From assembly GCF_006345805.1 (NCBI RefSeq), contig NC_043000.1:89776001-89840000 (forward strand): a DNA stretch of 64,000 nucleotides, in the 5' to 3' direction. Every line of letters starts with the position of its first letter. Position 1 is the stretch's first letter. A model generated the notes under the pieces. That model was given only the letters and a program-made list of their open reading frames with translations, searched no databases and was not told the DNA's origin. The DNA is from Octopus sinensis. Taxonomy: Eukaryota. Made by a program: the position numbers and the translations under genes. Below are positions 51,373-64,000 of the stretch, piece by piece.

Positions 51373-52962
51373 CAGGGGTCGCCAAAGGAGATCCGAGGGA
51401 TCCCCTAAGAGTCGGCGAGGAATTACAGGGGTTCGATGATAGCCAAGGAGTCGAATGGGGTTCAGCGTGCAAAAGACCAGCTCGCCCAGATGAACTGCTT
51501 CAAATACTTAGCGCCATGAAACGTGGGAATACATAAATTTTCACGGCAGCGAGAAGTCTGTTCTTACTAACGTTCGAAGCCTTATGCCGTAATCTGTATC
51601 GTACCGTAAGTCCTTGAGTATAGTCCGCCCTTGAGTATAATACGCAGGGGATTTTTAGGGGGCTGTACTTCTGAAAAACCTAAACCTTGTGTATAATACG
51701 CACCCCTTCTCTAACTTGAGTCGTACGTAATTGAGCCAGCAGCACCTAGTCAAACAAACACTTCCGCGCATGCGTAATACAATAATGGTGATGTTCTTAA
51801 CTGTTATATGGGAATGTAAATATGTTTGCAAATTGTTTTTGTTACATGTTATTCTGTGATCTGAATACGTTTATTTTAATAAATGTTACTTACTGTAAGT
51901 TATGGATGATTCTTTTACGACTTCATTGCTTTCAGGCTTAGCTTAAGGTATTTTCGCGCCCGAAATCACAAAATGCGTCTGAATAAACATTGCCGGACAG
52001 CAAATAGGGACTCGGACATTGCTTAAAAAATATTTTTCATTTTTAACCTCGTATATAGTACGCACCAGGGATTTTGACCTTTAAATTTTGGGGGAAATGT
52101 GGATTATACTCGAGGATTTACAGTAATCGAAGATTCAGAGGTGTGATTGAAGGGATGTGGACTGTCGAGTGTTTGCTTATGGAAATTACTATGCCTGCTA
52201 AGGGAGATAAGATATTAAATACATATCCCATAAACGTTTTTATTAGTAAGTCATTGTTGGTGTAGGATTTGTGACGCTGGAATGGTGATGACTTGAACGC
52301 TACGCCGTCCTTCGTGCTGTGGTTGTCTCTCTATTACAAAGTGCCTGATTTCAGTGTCGATACTGCGGCGAAAACCTTTCTGAGATCAGACGTCGGAGTG
52401 ACTATTGGTGCAATACGAAAACAAGTGAAAGGTACCCACACCTTAAAGCGGCAGCTGAGCTTCTGGCATTTCCCAGCTCTCACATAGTGGAAGTTGGCTT
52501 CAGCCATGCAAATGCAATCCTCAGCAAACAGAGAAATCACCTGAACCTGGAGGAACGAGACGATTTGAGACTGAAACTGGCCTACATCCAGCTTGATATT
52601 AATGCCTTGATTCAGGATCATCATGCTAATCCTTCACATTAATGTTGTCAATTTCAGTAAAAGATATTCCTGCAACATGATGCGTTTTTCACATTTTCTA
52701 AGCGTGAAGACAATGTCATAAAAATTGAAAGTTTAATACTGTATACTCATACACGTAGTTTCAAATGTAAAAGTGTGTCATCTTCAATAGAATTTCTAAA
52801 TTTGTCGTACATGTATATTTTAGGTAACATTTTAATTGCGAGCATCCGTACCCAATACGCATTTAAGACATGGTACGGTAAGGTAGGGTATTAGGATGGT
52901 CGTCGATGCGGAAGGAGAAGTGATAAAGAGGGTCGATGATCGAAAAAGTTTGGTGACCCCTG
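51373..52962 (+). mobile_element. Non-autonomous Buster-type hAT element with 8-bp TSD
   Basis: TIRs CAGGGGTCGCCAA / TTGGTGACCCCTG; TSD AACTAATA on both sides; transposase C-terminus FPSSHIVEVGFS..DLRLKL at about 52430-52640. Confidence 0.92.
51604..52123. mobile_element. pogo/Tc1-type MITE nested in the hAT element
   Basis: TA|CCGTAAGTCCTTGAGTATA ... TATACTCGAGGATTTACAG|TA. Confidence 0.8.
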
Positions 52963-53387
52963 AACTAATATATTTATATTCATCTTTACACATTTACACA
53001 AATTCATATATGTGTGTGTGTGTGTGTGTGGTGTGTGTGTGTGTATGTGTGTGTATATATATATATATGTGTATATATATATATATATATAATATATATA
53101 TATATATATGGTTAAAAAGGAACACACGAGTTGATATATATATGGGGAAAAAGTCAAGGTAGAAAATGCTAAAATAATTTTATAAAAAGCATTTTTAGTA
53201 GCGGTTTCGGATATTGAAACTTTTTCAACTTTAAGTATGGAAAACAATTAAATTTTGGAAAAATTAAATAAAAAGCTTTTTAAAAGAATATTTACATAGT
53301 ATTCGAATACAAGGGGCATTTTCCTTGTTTCTGTCTGTCTCCGTCTCTCTTGTTTACTCTTGCGGGTTCTTTTATAAGCATATATAC

Positions 53388-53449
<62 letters not shown>

Positions 53450-53450
<1 letters not shown>

Positions 53451-53618
53451 ACGGGTTTCTTTAAGTTTCCGTCTACCAAATCCACTTACAAGGCTTTGGT
53501 CGGCCCGAGGATATAGTAGAAGATACTTGCCCAAGGTACAACACAGTGGGACTGAACTCGGAATCATGTGGTTGGTAAGCAAACTGCTTACCACTCAGCC
53601 ACATATACATACGTGTGT

Positions 53619-53653
<35 letters not shown>

Positions 53654-53790
53654 ATGCAATGTGCCTCCACATAATTTCCGTCTACTAAATTCACTCACAA
53701 GAGGTTATGATACAAAATGCTTGCCCAAGATGACATGCCACTCACTAGGACTGAACCCGAAACCACATAATTGCAAAGCGAGCTTTTAAA
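53450..53790 (-). mobile_element. Two SINE family 2 heads
   Basis: CTACCAAATCCACTTACAAGGCTTTGGTCGG..CTTGCCCAAGG..GGACTGAAC motifs twice. Confidence 0.75.
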
Positions 53791-54083
53791 ACAGCGCTCC
53801 AAAACCTGAACCTACCAAACCGACCACATTTTTTTTTTTCTTTTTGATGGTTTGTTTGTTTTCGAGCCAACGTGATTGCTCGAAGTTCAAGAAATAACAA
53901 TCAGTTGTTTATACAATTTAAAAAAAAACGGAAGTGAATTTGATCGTAAATATCTAATGTTATTCGCTATGGCGGATGAATTGGTATTTGCATGTCCTAT
54001 GCTTTCGCTAATTGTTGTTAAGTGCAGGACTAACCGCAAACTGACACGGAATTTTTCTTTGACTTCACACGATTGATCTACTT

Positions 54084-54343
54084 CAGTGCTTCTCAGTCGG
54101 AGTCCATATGAACCTTGGGGGCCCACATAAGATTTTTTTTGTTAGAATTCATATGCAATGAAATCGGTTATATTTCTACAATATACAAAATATTCTAACA
54201 ATTTTTTTTTTAAATACACTTCTAAATAGTATACAAGTATAAAAATATAACAGGATTTTTAGAACACCGATTAGTTATGAGTGTCCACCTGAGTAAAATA
54301 GGAATTAAGGGGTTCCATGGGCAAAAAATGGTTGAAAACACAG
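54084..54343. mobile_element. hAT-type MITE
   Basis: CAGTGCTTCTCA ... TTGAAAACACAG ends; partial TSD ATCTA(CTT/GCA). Confidence 0.5.
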
Positions 54344-54949
54344 ATCTAGCAGAACTTTCAAGATGTAAAAGCTGATGAGGGGTTGCAGCAGTTAGCACTT
54401 TCTACATCATCCTTGACAATCGACTGCATCGTGCTTTCGTTAATTTTCAATTTGCCTCTGTAGTTACAAGTAGGTATAGAAACCGTCTCAGCACTCTCCC
54501 TTTCTCTCCTCTTCTCTCTCTCCTCTTTCTCTCTCAATTTCTCTCCTCTCTCTTTCTCTCTCTTTCTCCTCCTCTCTATTTTTCTCTTTCTTTCTCTCTC
54601 ATCTATCTCTTTCTCTCCCTTTGTTCTTCCTCTTCTCTCTCTTCTCGCTCTTCTCCCTCTCTCTCTGTCTATTTATCTCTATCTCTCTCAATCTATCTTT
54701 CTTTCTTTCTCTTGTTCCTTCTCTCTTTTTCTCTCCTTCTTTCTCTCTCTCTCTCTCTCTTTCTCTCACTCCCCCTCTCTGTCAACTTATAAAATGTAAG
54801 AGTTTCTTTTTTGCCACACCCTGTATATATGAGGGGTTTCCTTCAATTTCCATCAACCAAATTCCTTCTCAAGGAAACTATAGTAAAAAAAAAAGCATTT
54901 GTCCAAGGTGATGCGTTTTATTGTTACCAGTAATGATATAAGTGTGAAT

Positions 54950-55190
54950 GTATGTGGCTTAGTGGTTAAAGCATTGCACTCATGATCGTAAGATTGTAGT
55001 TTCGATTCCTGGACTGTGTGATGCGTTGTGTTCTTGAGCAAAACACTTGCTTTCACTTTGCTCCAGGTTCCTCAAGTGGCAAAAATGAGTAATCCTGAAA
55101 TTGACAGGCATCCCCGACGAGAGAGAGAATTTATATCCACCACAGAACCCGGAAAACCAGCCTTGCGGGTTTAAAGCTCGGAAAGAATCT
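54950..55190 (+). mobile_element. SINE family 3
   Basis: TGGCTTAGTGG, GTTTCGATTCC, GTGTTCTTGAGCAAAACACTT. Confidence 0.8.
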
Positions 55191-55849
55191 TTAGTCCTTT
55201 TTTGTCTTTATATATATATATATATATATATATATTCTAGACATAAATACTGTAATGAAGGACCACATTGGATAGTGTTCTGATTATTTTTTAAACAGAG
55301 GTGATGGCTGGAAGGCCTTCGACCGTGGGTCTTCTCTATCACTGGTAATCGGTCTGCAAGAAATAGCAGCTATTTACCATTAAATTATATCCTACATTAG
55401 ATTATGTAATCCGAGCTACATGTTTCTTGAGAAAATACGACAGTATAGTCATGGCTTAAAATATTTTGATCAAAGGTGTGCTTAATTAGTGCCGACTTGA
55501 GGCCAAACAACACAATTAGACATGAAATAATGCTACAGTTTACTCCTCTTATCTGGTACTCAGATAATCAGAACTCTCAAGCAACTGTCATCCAGAAAAC
55601 TAAAAGATGTGTTATTAATTAGAGTCATGAGATTTTGTGCTAATTTGTGATAATTAATTGCCATTAAAAGAAAGTCAGTTTCTGCTGTATCTAAAATAGA
55701 CCTCTGCTTCTCAAAGTACAGTGTTTTATTGTATTATAATTACAGTACTTGCATTTCATTAAGTAAGTAAAAATTGATTTTAACTTAAACTATATTTTTA
55801 TATCTTTCTATTTCATTTCTGTTATATTGAGAATATCAATAATAATTCT

Positions 55850-56250
55850 TTGCTCCTTTTCGAACCATGCCTGGCTCATCAAGGCCGGTTTCCCGGTTTC
55901 CTTGGCGTATAGGTTCCCCACCTAGACGGGACGCCGGTCCGTCGCAGGTGAGCTGCAAGATGCAGGAGGAAAGAGTGAGAGAAAGTTGTGGCGAAAGAGT
56001 CAGCAGAAGTTCGCCATTACCTTCTGCGGGAGCCGCGTGGAGCTTAGGTGAGCTGCAAGATGCAGGAGGAAAGAGTGAGAGAAAGTTGTGGCGAAAGAGT
56101 CAGCAGAAGTTCGCCATTACCTTCTGCCGGAGCCGCATGGAGCTTAGGTGTTTCGCTCATAAACACCTGAGATTCGAGGTCTGAGATTCGAACCCACGAT
56201 CCCTCGACTGCGAGTCCGCTGCTCTAACCACTAGGTAATGTGCCTCCACC
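55850..56250 (-). mobile_element. tRNA-headed SINE with internal 100-bp tandem duplication
   Basis: Head GTGGAGGCACATTACCTAGTGG..GGGTTCGAATCTC; duplicated 55946-56045 / 56046-56145. Confidence 0.8.
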
Positions 56251-56503
56251 ACATCAATAATAATAGTGATGTATAAATTTCAAGGTGTTATGGTAATTCA
56301 AAAAGTGATTATCAGATATCCGACAAAACACCGGTTCCAGTGATGTCCTAATTTTCACGCAATACACTGCGACTAATGTATCTACAAAGCAACTATATAT
56401 CACTGACATTTACGTGTGTGTGCGCGCGCGAGTCTGTGTGTGTGTGTATTTGCCTGTGTGTCTATGTAGATAGAGAGACGGACCGACAGACAGACAGACA
56501 AGG

Positions 56504-56571
<68 letters not shown>

Positions 56572-56604
56572 GATGGATGGATAGATAGATAGATAGATAG
56601 ATAG

Positions 56605-56643
<39 letters not shown>

Positions 56644-56662
56644 GATAGATAGATAGATAGAG

Positions 56663-56698
<36 letters not shown>

Positions 56699-56720
56699 GG
56701 ATAGATAGATAGATAGATAG

Positions 56721-56797
<77 letters not shown>

Positions 56798-56999
56798 TGA
56801 CTTACTTCCTTCACTTTCCGTCTGCTAAATCGACTGAAAAGACTTTAGTTGACCCTGGAAAATAATAGAAGATATTTGCCAAAGATTCCATGTAGTGGAA
56901 CTCGACCCAAAACCATCTGGTTGAGAAGCAAACATCTTGACACACAGTCACTATATAATATGTGGATACCGGCCTGTAATTTGCCTACCGTATTGCTGT

Positions 57000-57510
57000 T
57001 TTCGATGTTTTTCAATCACTGCAGTATCCTATCCATTGTGCAGCTATTCGTGTATGACATTCACCAAATCTTTTGATCCAGTAGCCTTGAACTTCATCTA
57101 GTCCTGGGGCCTTCCAGTTGCTCTTTTTTTTTTTTTCTTTTTTTTTTTGGTGGGGTGCTAATTTCCTTCACTCCCCTAACTGAAATGACTAGTTCTGCCT
57201 GTTTTGGACAGACTATTGTTTGTTTCAGTTCTTGCAACCATTCAGCATCCTTCTTGTGCTCCTTTTCTTTGCTCCAGATGTCACTCCAAAACTTTTGACT
57301 TTCATTGTTATCTGGTTTCAACTTTTCATCTGTACACTCTCCATTTATTTCTTTGTAGAATCTCTTCTGATCTACTCTGAATAACCTATTCTGCTGGTAA
57401 CCCTTCATTCTTTGGTCGCATCTTACTATTTTTGCTTTCTTTGCAATGAGGCGCTGTTTCTGTTCAGTGCCCTGTGTTTTTGTTCGCTTTTAAGCTCCCA
57501 CTTTTCTTTA
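57000..57510 (-). mobile_element. Dong/R4-like LINE fragment upstream of the RT core
   Basis: ORF 57094-57408 QQNRLFRVDQKRFY..FWSDIW..AEWL. Confidence 0.8.
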
Positions 57511-57548
57511 TTATTATCATTATCATTATTGTTATTATTAATATTATT

Positions 57549-57605
<57 letters not shown>

Positions 57606-57608
<3 letters not shown>

Positions 57609-58045
57609 TAGTTTTAGTTTTATTTTTATAGCGTGCTTTCACTTCACTACCGAGCGCAGCTCTGTGTGCCTTGGGTATGTGCTGTGATTTGTTGTGATGC
57701 TCTGATGGTTATTGTATGGAAAGTGTTCTGCGTAGGATGTGTGCAGTGCCTAGTAGTGCAATTTTCTGTATGTTATATGTGTTTGTAAGTCCTGGTGTTT
57801 TTGTTATGTATTTGTCTGAATATTTTTTTATCATGCCTAATGCACCTACTATGATAGGAATTGTTTCTGTTTTCAGATTCCACATTCTAGTTACCTCTAT
57901 TTCCAGGTCTTTGTATTTTGAGAGTTTCTCCATTTCTTTTAGAGACACGTTGTCATCTGCCGGTACTGATACATCAATTAGAAAGCATTTTTTTCTTCAT
58001 GGTCTCTGACAACTATATCTGGTCTGTTGGCCTTAATTTCTCTAT
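57606..58045 (-). mobile_element. Dong/R4-like LINE 3' end within (ATT)n
   Basis: ORF 57709-57948 EKLSKYKDLEIEVTRMW..IPIIVGALG..GTAHILRRTL; (ATT)n on both sides. Confidence 0.88.
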
Positions 58046-58048
58046 CTA

Positions 58049-58085
<37 letters not shown>

Positions 58086-58123
58086 GTATTATTATTATAT
58101 TATTATTATTATTATTATTATTG

Positions 58124-58167
<44 letters not shown>

Positions 58168-58184
58168 TATTATTATTATTATTA

Positions 58185-58216
<32 letters not shown>

Positions 58217-58280
58217 ATTATTATTATTATTATTTATTATCATTATTATTATTATATTATTATTATTATTATTACTATTA

Positions 58281-58480
58281 TTTGTTTGGCATTTGCTTTG
58301 TATTTGCACAAGTTGACTCCAAGTCTCACCCAGAGACCTCATGAGACAACAAGTTAGAAGTTCAAGTTGGTGCTATGAAACTGGTGCCATATTTTTCATT
58401 TTGCACAAAGTATTGTTCTAGAGAATACCTGTGAAAATATAAGAAAATTAGAAGATTGTTCTAAAAGTAATTTGATTATC
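58281..58480 (-). mobile_element. Dong-like 3' UTR fragment
   Basis: Aligns to 42210-42400; adjoins (ATT)n. Confidence 0.7.
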
Positions 58481-58769
58481 AAGATGACAGTAAAAGGTGC
58501 TTTCCATTATATACGTTTAAAAGTATTTTGATACTGTTTACAGATTAAGATATTTTGAGAATTACATAGATTAACAACGACAACAACAACAACAACAACA
58601 ACAATAATGATGATGGTGATTTCTTTTACTTTTAAATAACAATAAGAAGGAAAGTAAGAATAAAAAAGTATAGCATAATAGATAATACTGCGTAAAAAAT
58701 ATTACATGGGTGATACATTCGAACAAATATGTCGGATACACAAATGAGCTAGATAAGAGATATACAAAT

Positions 58770-58990
58770 ACAATATTCGTTTCAAATTTTGGCACAAGGC
58801 CAGCAATTTCGGGGGAGAGGACTAGTTGATTACATCGACCCCAGTGCTCAACTGGTATTTATTTTATTGACACTGAAATGATAAAAGGCAAAGTCGATCC
58901 CGACGGAATTTGAACTCAGAACGTAGAGACGGACGAAATGCCTCTAAGCATTTTAACAGACGTACTAAAGATTCTTCCTGCTCACCGCCC
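58770..58990 (-). mobile_element. SINE family 1
   Basis: Family motifs. Confidence 0.8.
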
Positions 58991-59085
58991 TAAATATGCA
59001 AATACATTACAATATATGAACATTTGTATATGTGTGCGTGTATGTGTGTGCGCGTGTATGTATTTATATATAGATAAATAGATAA

Positions 59086-61047
59086 GTTTCTTTATTGGCC
59101 ACACAGGGCTGCACACAGATGGGACAAGTTACAAGGTAGAGCTTTTCTTTTGGGGGATGAAGAGAACAAAAAACAAAAGAAAAAAAAAAGGGGTGGCGTA
59201 GGTTTTCGATCAAGAGGGATCGTAAACGGGAAGAAAAGAACAAAAAAAATTTGAATAAAATAAAAGGAATAAAAAGAAAAAAAAGAAAAGGAAAAGGAAC
59301 AAAAGGAAAGAGAAATGAAAAAAGAAGAAAAAAGGGGAAAAAGGGGGAAGAGGAAAAAAACGATCAATAGGGATCGTGTATCACAGTGTTATGATATATG
59401 GTGTAAAGGGGAAAGCAAGTAAGGTTTATCCGTGGGAAGAAAAGCCTACGAAAAAGACCACGGTAACCTTGGTCAATATTGTTATATGTTACCACATTTG
59501 TTTCCAAGTGGGTAACCCTCTGTTTTCAATTTCTGGGTTCATAGGATTATGCTCAAGGTGGCTTCGTCATTCATACGTGCCATCCTTGCTACATTCACCC
59601 ATCTTTTTTTAAAACATTCGCTAGACAAAACTTGCCTCTCTACTCTCACTTTCCTTTTCAAGTGGTACTTGAAGAAGTTGATGAGAGATTGACCAGAGAG
59701 GAAAGTGTTTGTCTCCAATCCTTTCAGACGCGTCCACCAGATACATTCTTTCGCCATAGCCACAAGGATGATGAAAATAGCTCTTCCTTCCCGTTTGAAG
59801 GAAGGAGGCGTGACAATATTGACGATAGACTCAGCTGACAAACCGACTCGTCCCACACGTGACAGCAGTTGTTCGACATAAGCCACAGGTCGGAAATTGT
59901 TGGACACTGCACGAGTGCGTGCAGAACGGTTTCGTCGCTCTGACCGCATCTCGGGCAGGTCGGCCCCGTGTTTCTCGAGCCGTGTCTGTAGAGCTTATCC
60001 CGAACGGGTAGCGCTTCTCGGTAGCACTGCCAGGCCAGGGATCTCTGGAAGTTGTCCATGGGCCCTGGCCCGAAAGTCGTCCTGAACAGGCGGGTCAGGT
60101 ACTCCTCGTCGACGTCCAGGTTCGCCCCGAGCTCGTCGTCGTACCTCCCCTCCACTAATCCCCTATAGAATGCTTTGGTTGTGTTGAAGTCACTCAAGGT
60201 CGACCCGGGACGGCAGAGTTGCTTGAGAGCAACGCGACACTCGCGGTGCCAATCGCCCTTCCTCGGCCTCTTTTTGATCCACGACTGCAGTTCGGTCATG
60301 GAGACGAGCTGCGGGAAAGCGTGCCTCACAAACGGCGACCACACCTGTTCACCGTCGTCTACATAGAGCCAGAGATGTCGCAGTCTCAGCGCGTGTCTGC
60401 GCATCATCAACCACGGCATGCCCAGCCCTCCTTTTAACGGGTGTTGACAGCAAATGGATCGTCTGACCATCGGGACGCATCCTTTCCACAAGAAGCGAAA
60501 GAGAATGCATTCTAGTTTGGTGATGGTAGGGTCGGGACAAGGTACGACGGTCAGGCGGTAGTAGATGACGGACGCGATGTACGTGTTCGCCACCTCCGCC
60601 CGACCTTTTAGGGACAGTTTCCTCTCGGCCATTGCCGGGCGAGAGTGACCACCCTACTCGTTATCTCGTTCCAGTTCTTCTCCACTTGGAGGTCCGGACC
60701 AAACCAGACCCCGAACAACTCAACCGGGCCGTCGGTCCAGCGTCCCACGACGGAGGCGCTGGTGGACGGCATGGGCTTGCTTCTCCAGGTGCCTAGTCGC
60801 AAGCCCACTGACTTTTCCGGTTGATTTTCGCTCCTGTCACCGCTTCGTAGTTTTTCAGTGTCTCGCCGACCTGCTCGATGTGCTCGTGGCTAGACACTAT
60901 GACGGTGACGTCGTCCGCGTATGCAGACACGCTCGTCCCGCATCCCAGTTCTCGCGAGATGCCCCTCAAAGTTGCCAGCTTCCGCAATAATGGCTCGAGA
61001 GTCAATACGTATAGAAGCGACGAGAGGGGGCATCCCTGACGGACCGA
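59086..61047 (-). mobile_element. 5'-truncated Tx1/L1-clade LINE (RT, thumb, CCHC finger, 3' UTR), frameshifted
   Basis: RQGCPLS, SAYADDVTV, GGLGMP, WQCYREALPV, CPRCGQSDETVLHALVQCP; 5' end at (GATA)n. Confidence 0.93.
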
Positions 61048-61048
61048 A

Positions 61049-61133
<85 letters not shown>

Positions 61134-61149
61134 GAGTGAGAGAGAGAGG

Positions 61150-61445
61150 GATATGTTAACCTCATAAAGGGATGGTTACATCCAACGGAATGCTGGTTCG
61201 ATATCTAGTATTATTGGGGAATGAAATTCCCTTAAAACTATTGGTATATATTAAGCATATAGTTCATATCCAGTTAAATGAAGGAAAGAAAATAGAGAGT
61301 AGAAAGTTAATAATTATTTATTAATTACAAATTGGTAGTCTTTACTTCTTACAGCCGTTTCCATTAATACTCAAGAATTTATTTACAAATTTGTGCATTA
61401 AATTTGCATTAATATGCTGTGAGCATAATTTCATCAGAGAAAAAA
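61150..61445 (-). mobile_element. Repeat family E
   Basis: Aligns to 11240-11535. Confidence 0.8.
61345..61442 (-). ncRNA. Type I hammerhead with long helix II and intact catalytic core
   Basis: TTTCT-CTGATGA-[~69 nt]-GAA-ACGGCTGT-A-AGAAG; base of helix II has an A-G mismatch in this copy. Confidence 0.7.
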
Positions 61446-61717
61446 GATATACATTAAGATGTTACATGTCGACCTATCAGTTCAAACCAGCAGATTAAAT
61501 ATGGCGATTTATTATTTTGATATTATAATGTGCGGGTGAAGGATTGACGGATTGATTAGAATGTAATGATGAACAAAGGAAAAATATAAAATCAAATAAG
61601 GTAAAATAGAAATAAATGAAGAAAAATTAAAATAAATAAGATAAATGTATAGTGAGTGAAAAGAATAAAAATATTCATTTATAAGATATAAGAGTATAAA
61701 ACATACACACGCACATA

Positions 61718-62300
61718 TACTCTTTTACTCTTTTACTTGTTTCAGTCATTTGACTGTGGTCATGCTGGAGCACCGCCTTTAATCGAACAAATCGAACCCA
61801 GGACTTATTCTTTGTAAGACTAGTACTTATTCTATCGGTTACTTTTGCCAAACCGCTAAGTTACACACCAGCATCGGTTGTCAAACATATACACACACAT
61901 ACATACATATATATATGGCCCAGTGGTTAGGGCAGCGGACTCGCGGTCATAGGATCGCGGTTTCGATTCCCAGACCGGGCGTTGTGAGTGTTTATTGAGC
62001 GAAAACACCTAAAACCTCCACGAGGCTCCGGCAGGGGATGGTGGTAATCCCTGCTGTACTCTTTCACCACCACTTTCTCTCACTCTTACTTCCTGTTTCT
62101 GTTGTACCTGTATTTCAAGGGGCCGGCCTTGTCACTCTCTGTGTCACGCTGAATATCCCCGAGAACTACGTTAAGGGTGCACGTGTCTGTGGAGTGCTCA
62201 GCCACTTACACGTTAATTTCACGAGCAGGCTGTTCCGTTGATTCAGATCAACCGGAGCCCTCATCGTCGTAACCGACGGAGTGCTTCCATATATATATAG

Positions 62301-62374
<74 letters not shown>

Positions 62375-62550
62375 ATATATACATATATACGACGGGATTC
62401 TTTCAGTTTCAGTCTAGCAAATCCACTCACAAGGCTTTGGTCGGCCTGTGGCTATAGTAGAAGACACTTGCCCAAGGTCCCACGCAGTGGGACTAAACCC
62501 GGAACCATGCGGTTCGTAAGCAAGCTACTTACCACACACCCACTCCTACG
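61718..62550. mobile_element. SINE family 2 (minus; tail 61718-61885, head 62390-62550) interrupted by a plus-strand tRNA-headed SINE (61915-62288)
   Basis: The family 2 halves flank GGCCCAGTGGTTAGGGCAGCGGACTCG..GTTTCGATTCCC. Confidence 0.8.
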
Positions 62551-62585
<35 letters not shown>

Positions 62586-62851
62586 CGTACCCATCACACC
62601 TATTAAAAAAATTAATATAGATCCATTTTAGTCAATCAGTGCCTATTGGTTGAAGAAATGTTGAATTAGTATGTATACGTAATAGCGTCTCTTGAAAGAA
62701 ATATATCTATTCTTAACGATTTTATGAAAATGTGTGAGACTGTGCATATTTTTTTTATATCATAGGCCAACAATAGCCATAGGGTGTTTATACGTACATA
62801 AGAATATGATTACACTTACATGCATACATGTGTTCATATATATATATATAT

Positions 62852-63399
62852 GGTGGCTGCCCCCTCGTTATCGAGTATGGCCATTGCACGAAGTTTAACC
62901 AATGTTGTTATCGTGCAATGCCTGTGCAAGAAGTTTTTTTTTAAATGAGGAAAGGTTGTGCACTGATTCAATCCCACTCACTAAGCAACAGCAGCCATAA
63001 TCCGAAAAGAAGAACAAATCAACATCATCGGTAACCACTGAGCGCAGGTTTTATGTTGGAGTTATCCCAGTTACCTGAGTTACCTTCTCCTAGAAGGATG
63101 CCCTAACAAAGGCTAGGAGTCCTTCACTCCTAATGGTTTAACCGCGCGATCGGGTATTCAGTCCGATTATTTCTATGTCCCCACGCATGATACAGTCTTA
63201 AGACATTTATTGGATGGCCGCTGACTCTCAAGAGTTCCTCCGGCCTTTGACGGGTTTTGTTTTTCATCCCGCAAGGTGTCCAATAAACACCCTCCTCACC
63301 AAGCAAGCTTGGTGGGGTTGCCGGTTTAGTCGCCAACGACCCGACCATGCAACAGGTTGTACTGGGTTACATGTTACCAGTAGCACTCGAAAGTGACCT

Positions 63400-63402
<3 letters not shown>
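62852..63402 (-). mobile_element. Non-coding repeat resembling an RTE-type LINE 5' UTR, flanked by (TA)n
   Basis: GC-richer and hairpin-rich, with a CTAGGAGAAGG motif; classification is inference only. Confidence 0.35.
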
Positions 63403-63439
<37 letters not shown>

Positions 63440-63442
<3 letters not shown>

Positions 63443-63772
63443 GGTAAAGACCCCCTTCGGTCATGAATGACCATGGGATTGCACCTAGAAAGTTACCCTC
63501 CTAGACACAAGTCCGGGCAAGGTTGTTTATGGAAGCCCAGCAGTCGCCCATGCATACCGGCCTCCCCTCTCCACGCCACCAGTGTTATCCAAGGGAAAGA
63601 CAAAGGTCGATACAGCTTGGCACCAGTGACGTCGCAACTCATTTCTACAGCTGAGTGAACTGGAGCAACGTGAAATAAAGTGCCTTGCTCAAGAACACAA
63701 CACGCAGCCCGGTCCGGGATTCGAGCTCACAACCTCACGATCGTAAGCTCGACGCTCTAACCACTGAGCCAA
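63440..63772 (-). mobile_element. SINE family 3 variant
   Basis: Head GGCTCAGTGGTTAGAGCGTCG..CTCGAATCCC and CORE-like GTGTTCTTGAGCAAGGCACTT. Confidence 0.8.
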
Positions 63773-63828
63773 TACATACATGCATACATACATACATACA
63801 TACATACATACATACATACATACATACA

Positions 63829-63859
<31 letters not shown>

Positions 63860-64000
63860 GTGCATGTATGTGTATGTATTTATGTATACTGTCCTTCATT
63901 TGTTAGTGGTATCATGCATGTTCTCTTGTAATGCAGCATGGTTTTCTGCTCTTTTGTAGAGAACGATCTCAGGTCCATCCAGCCGTAATTTTGCATATAA

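Noticed and set aside
59897-60437. Plus-strand GC-rich ORFs
   Set aside because: Antisense frames of the Tx1-like LINE ORF2.

Overview
Repeat-saturated animal genomic DNA, almost certainly Octopus (inferred from the tRNA-derived SINE families and extreme TA/CA/GATA/AAT microsatellite density), with a 100-N gap at 35990-36089. No host protein-coding gene could be identified; nearly all listed ORFs are microsatellite or antisense artefacts. The real coding remnants are transposon-derived: Buster-type hAT, maT/DD37D mariner, Dong/R4-like, Tx1/L1-like, RTE and CR1 LINEs, and Penelope-like elements (PLEs). The main result is an unusual ribozyme layer. A ~595-bp tandem array at 39118-41060 carries one intact type I hammerhead ribozyme per unit (palindromic helix III ACGUACGU, ~76-nt helix II), starts with a 43-bp fold-back and sits inside a (TA)n tract, i.e. 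a retrozyme-like element predicted to give a ~595-nt self-cleaved, possibly circular RNA. Several other hammerhead-bearing families occur in the window, including one combining a Pol III head, a hammerhead and TA-flanked inverted termini, and one with a recurrent A6-to-U core variant. All RNA folds were derived by eye; no activity, expression or novelty check could be run.
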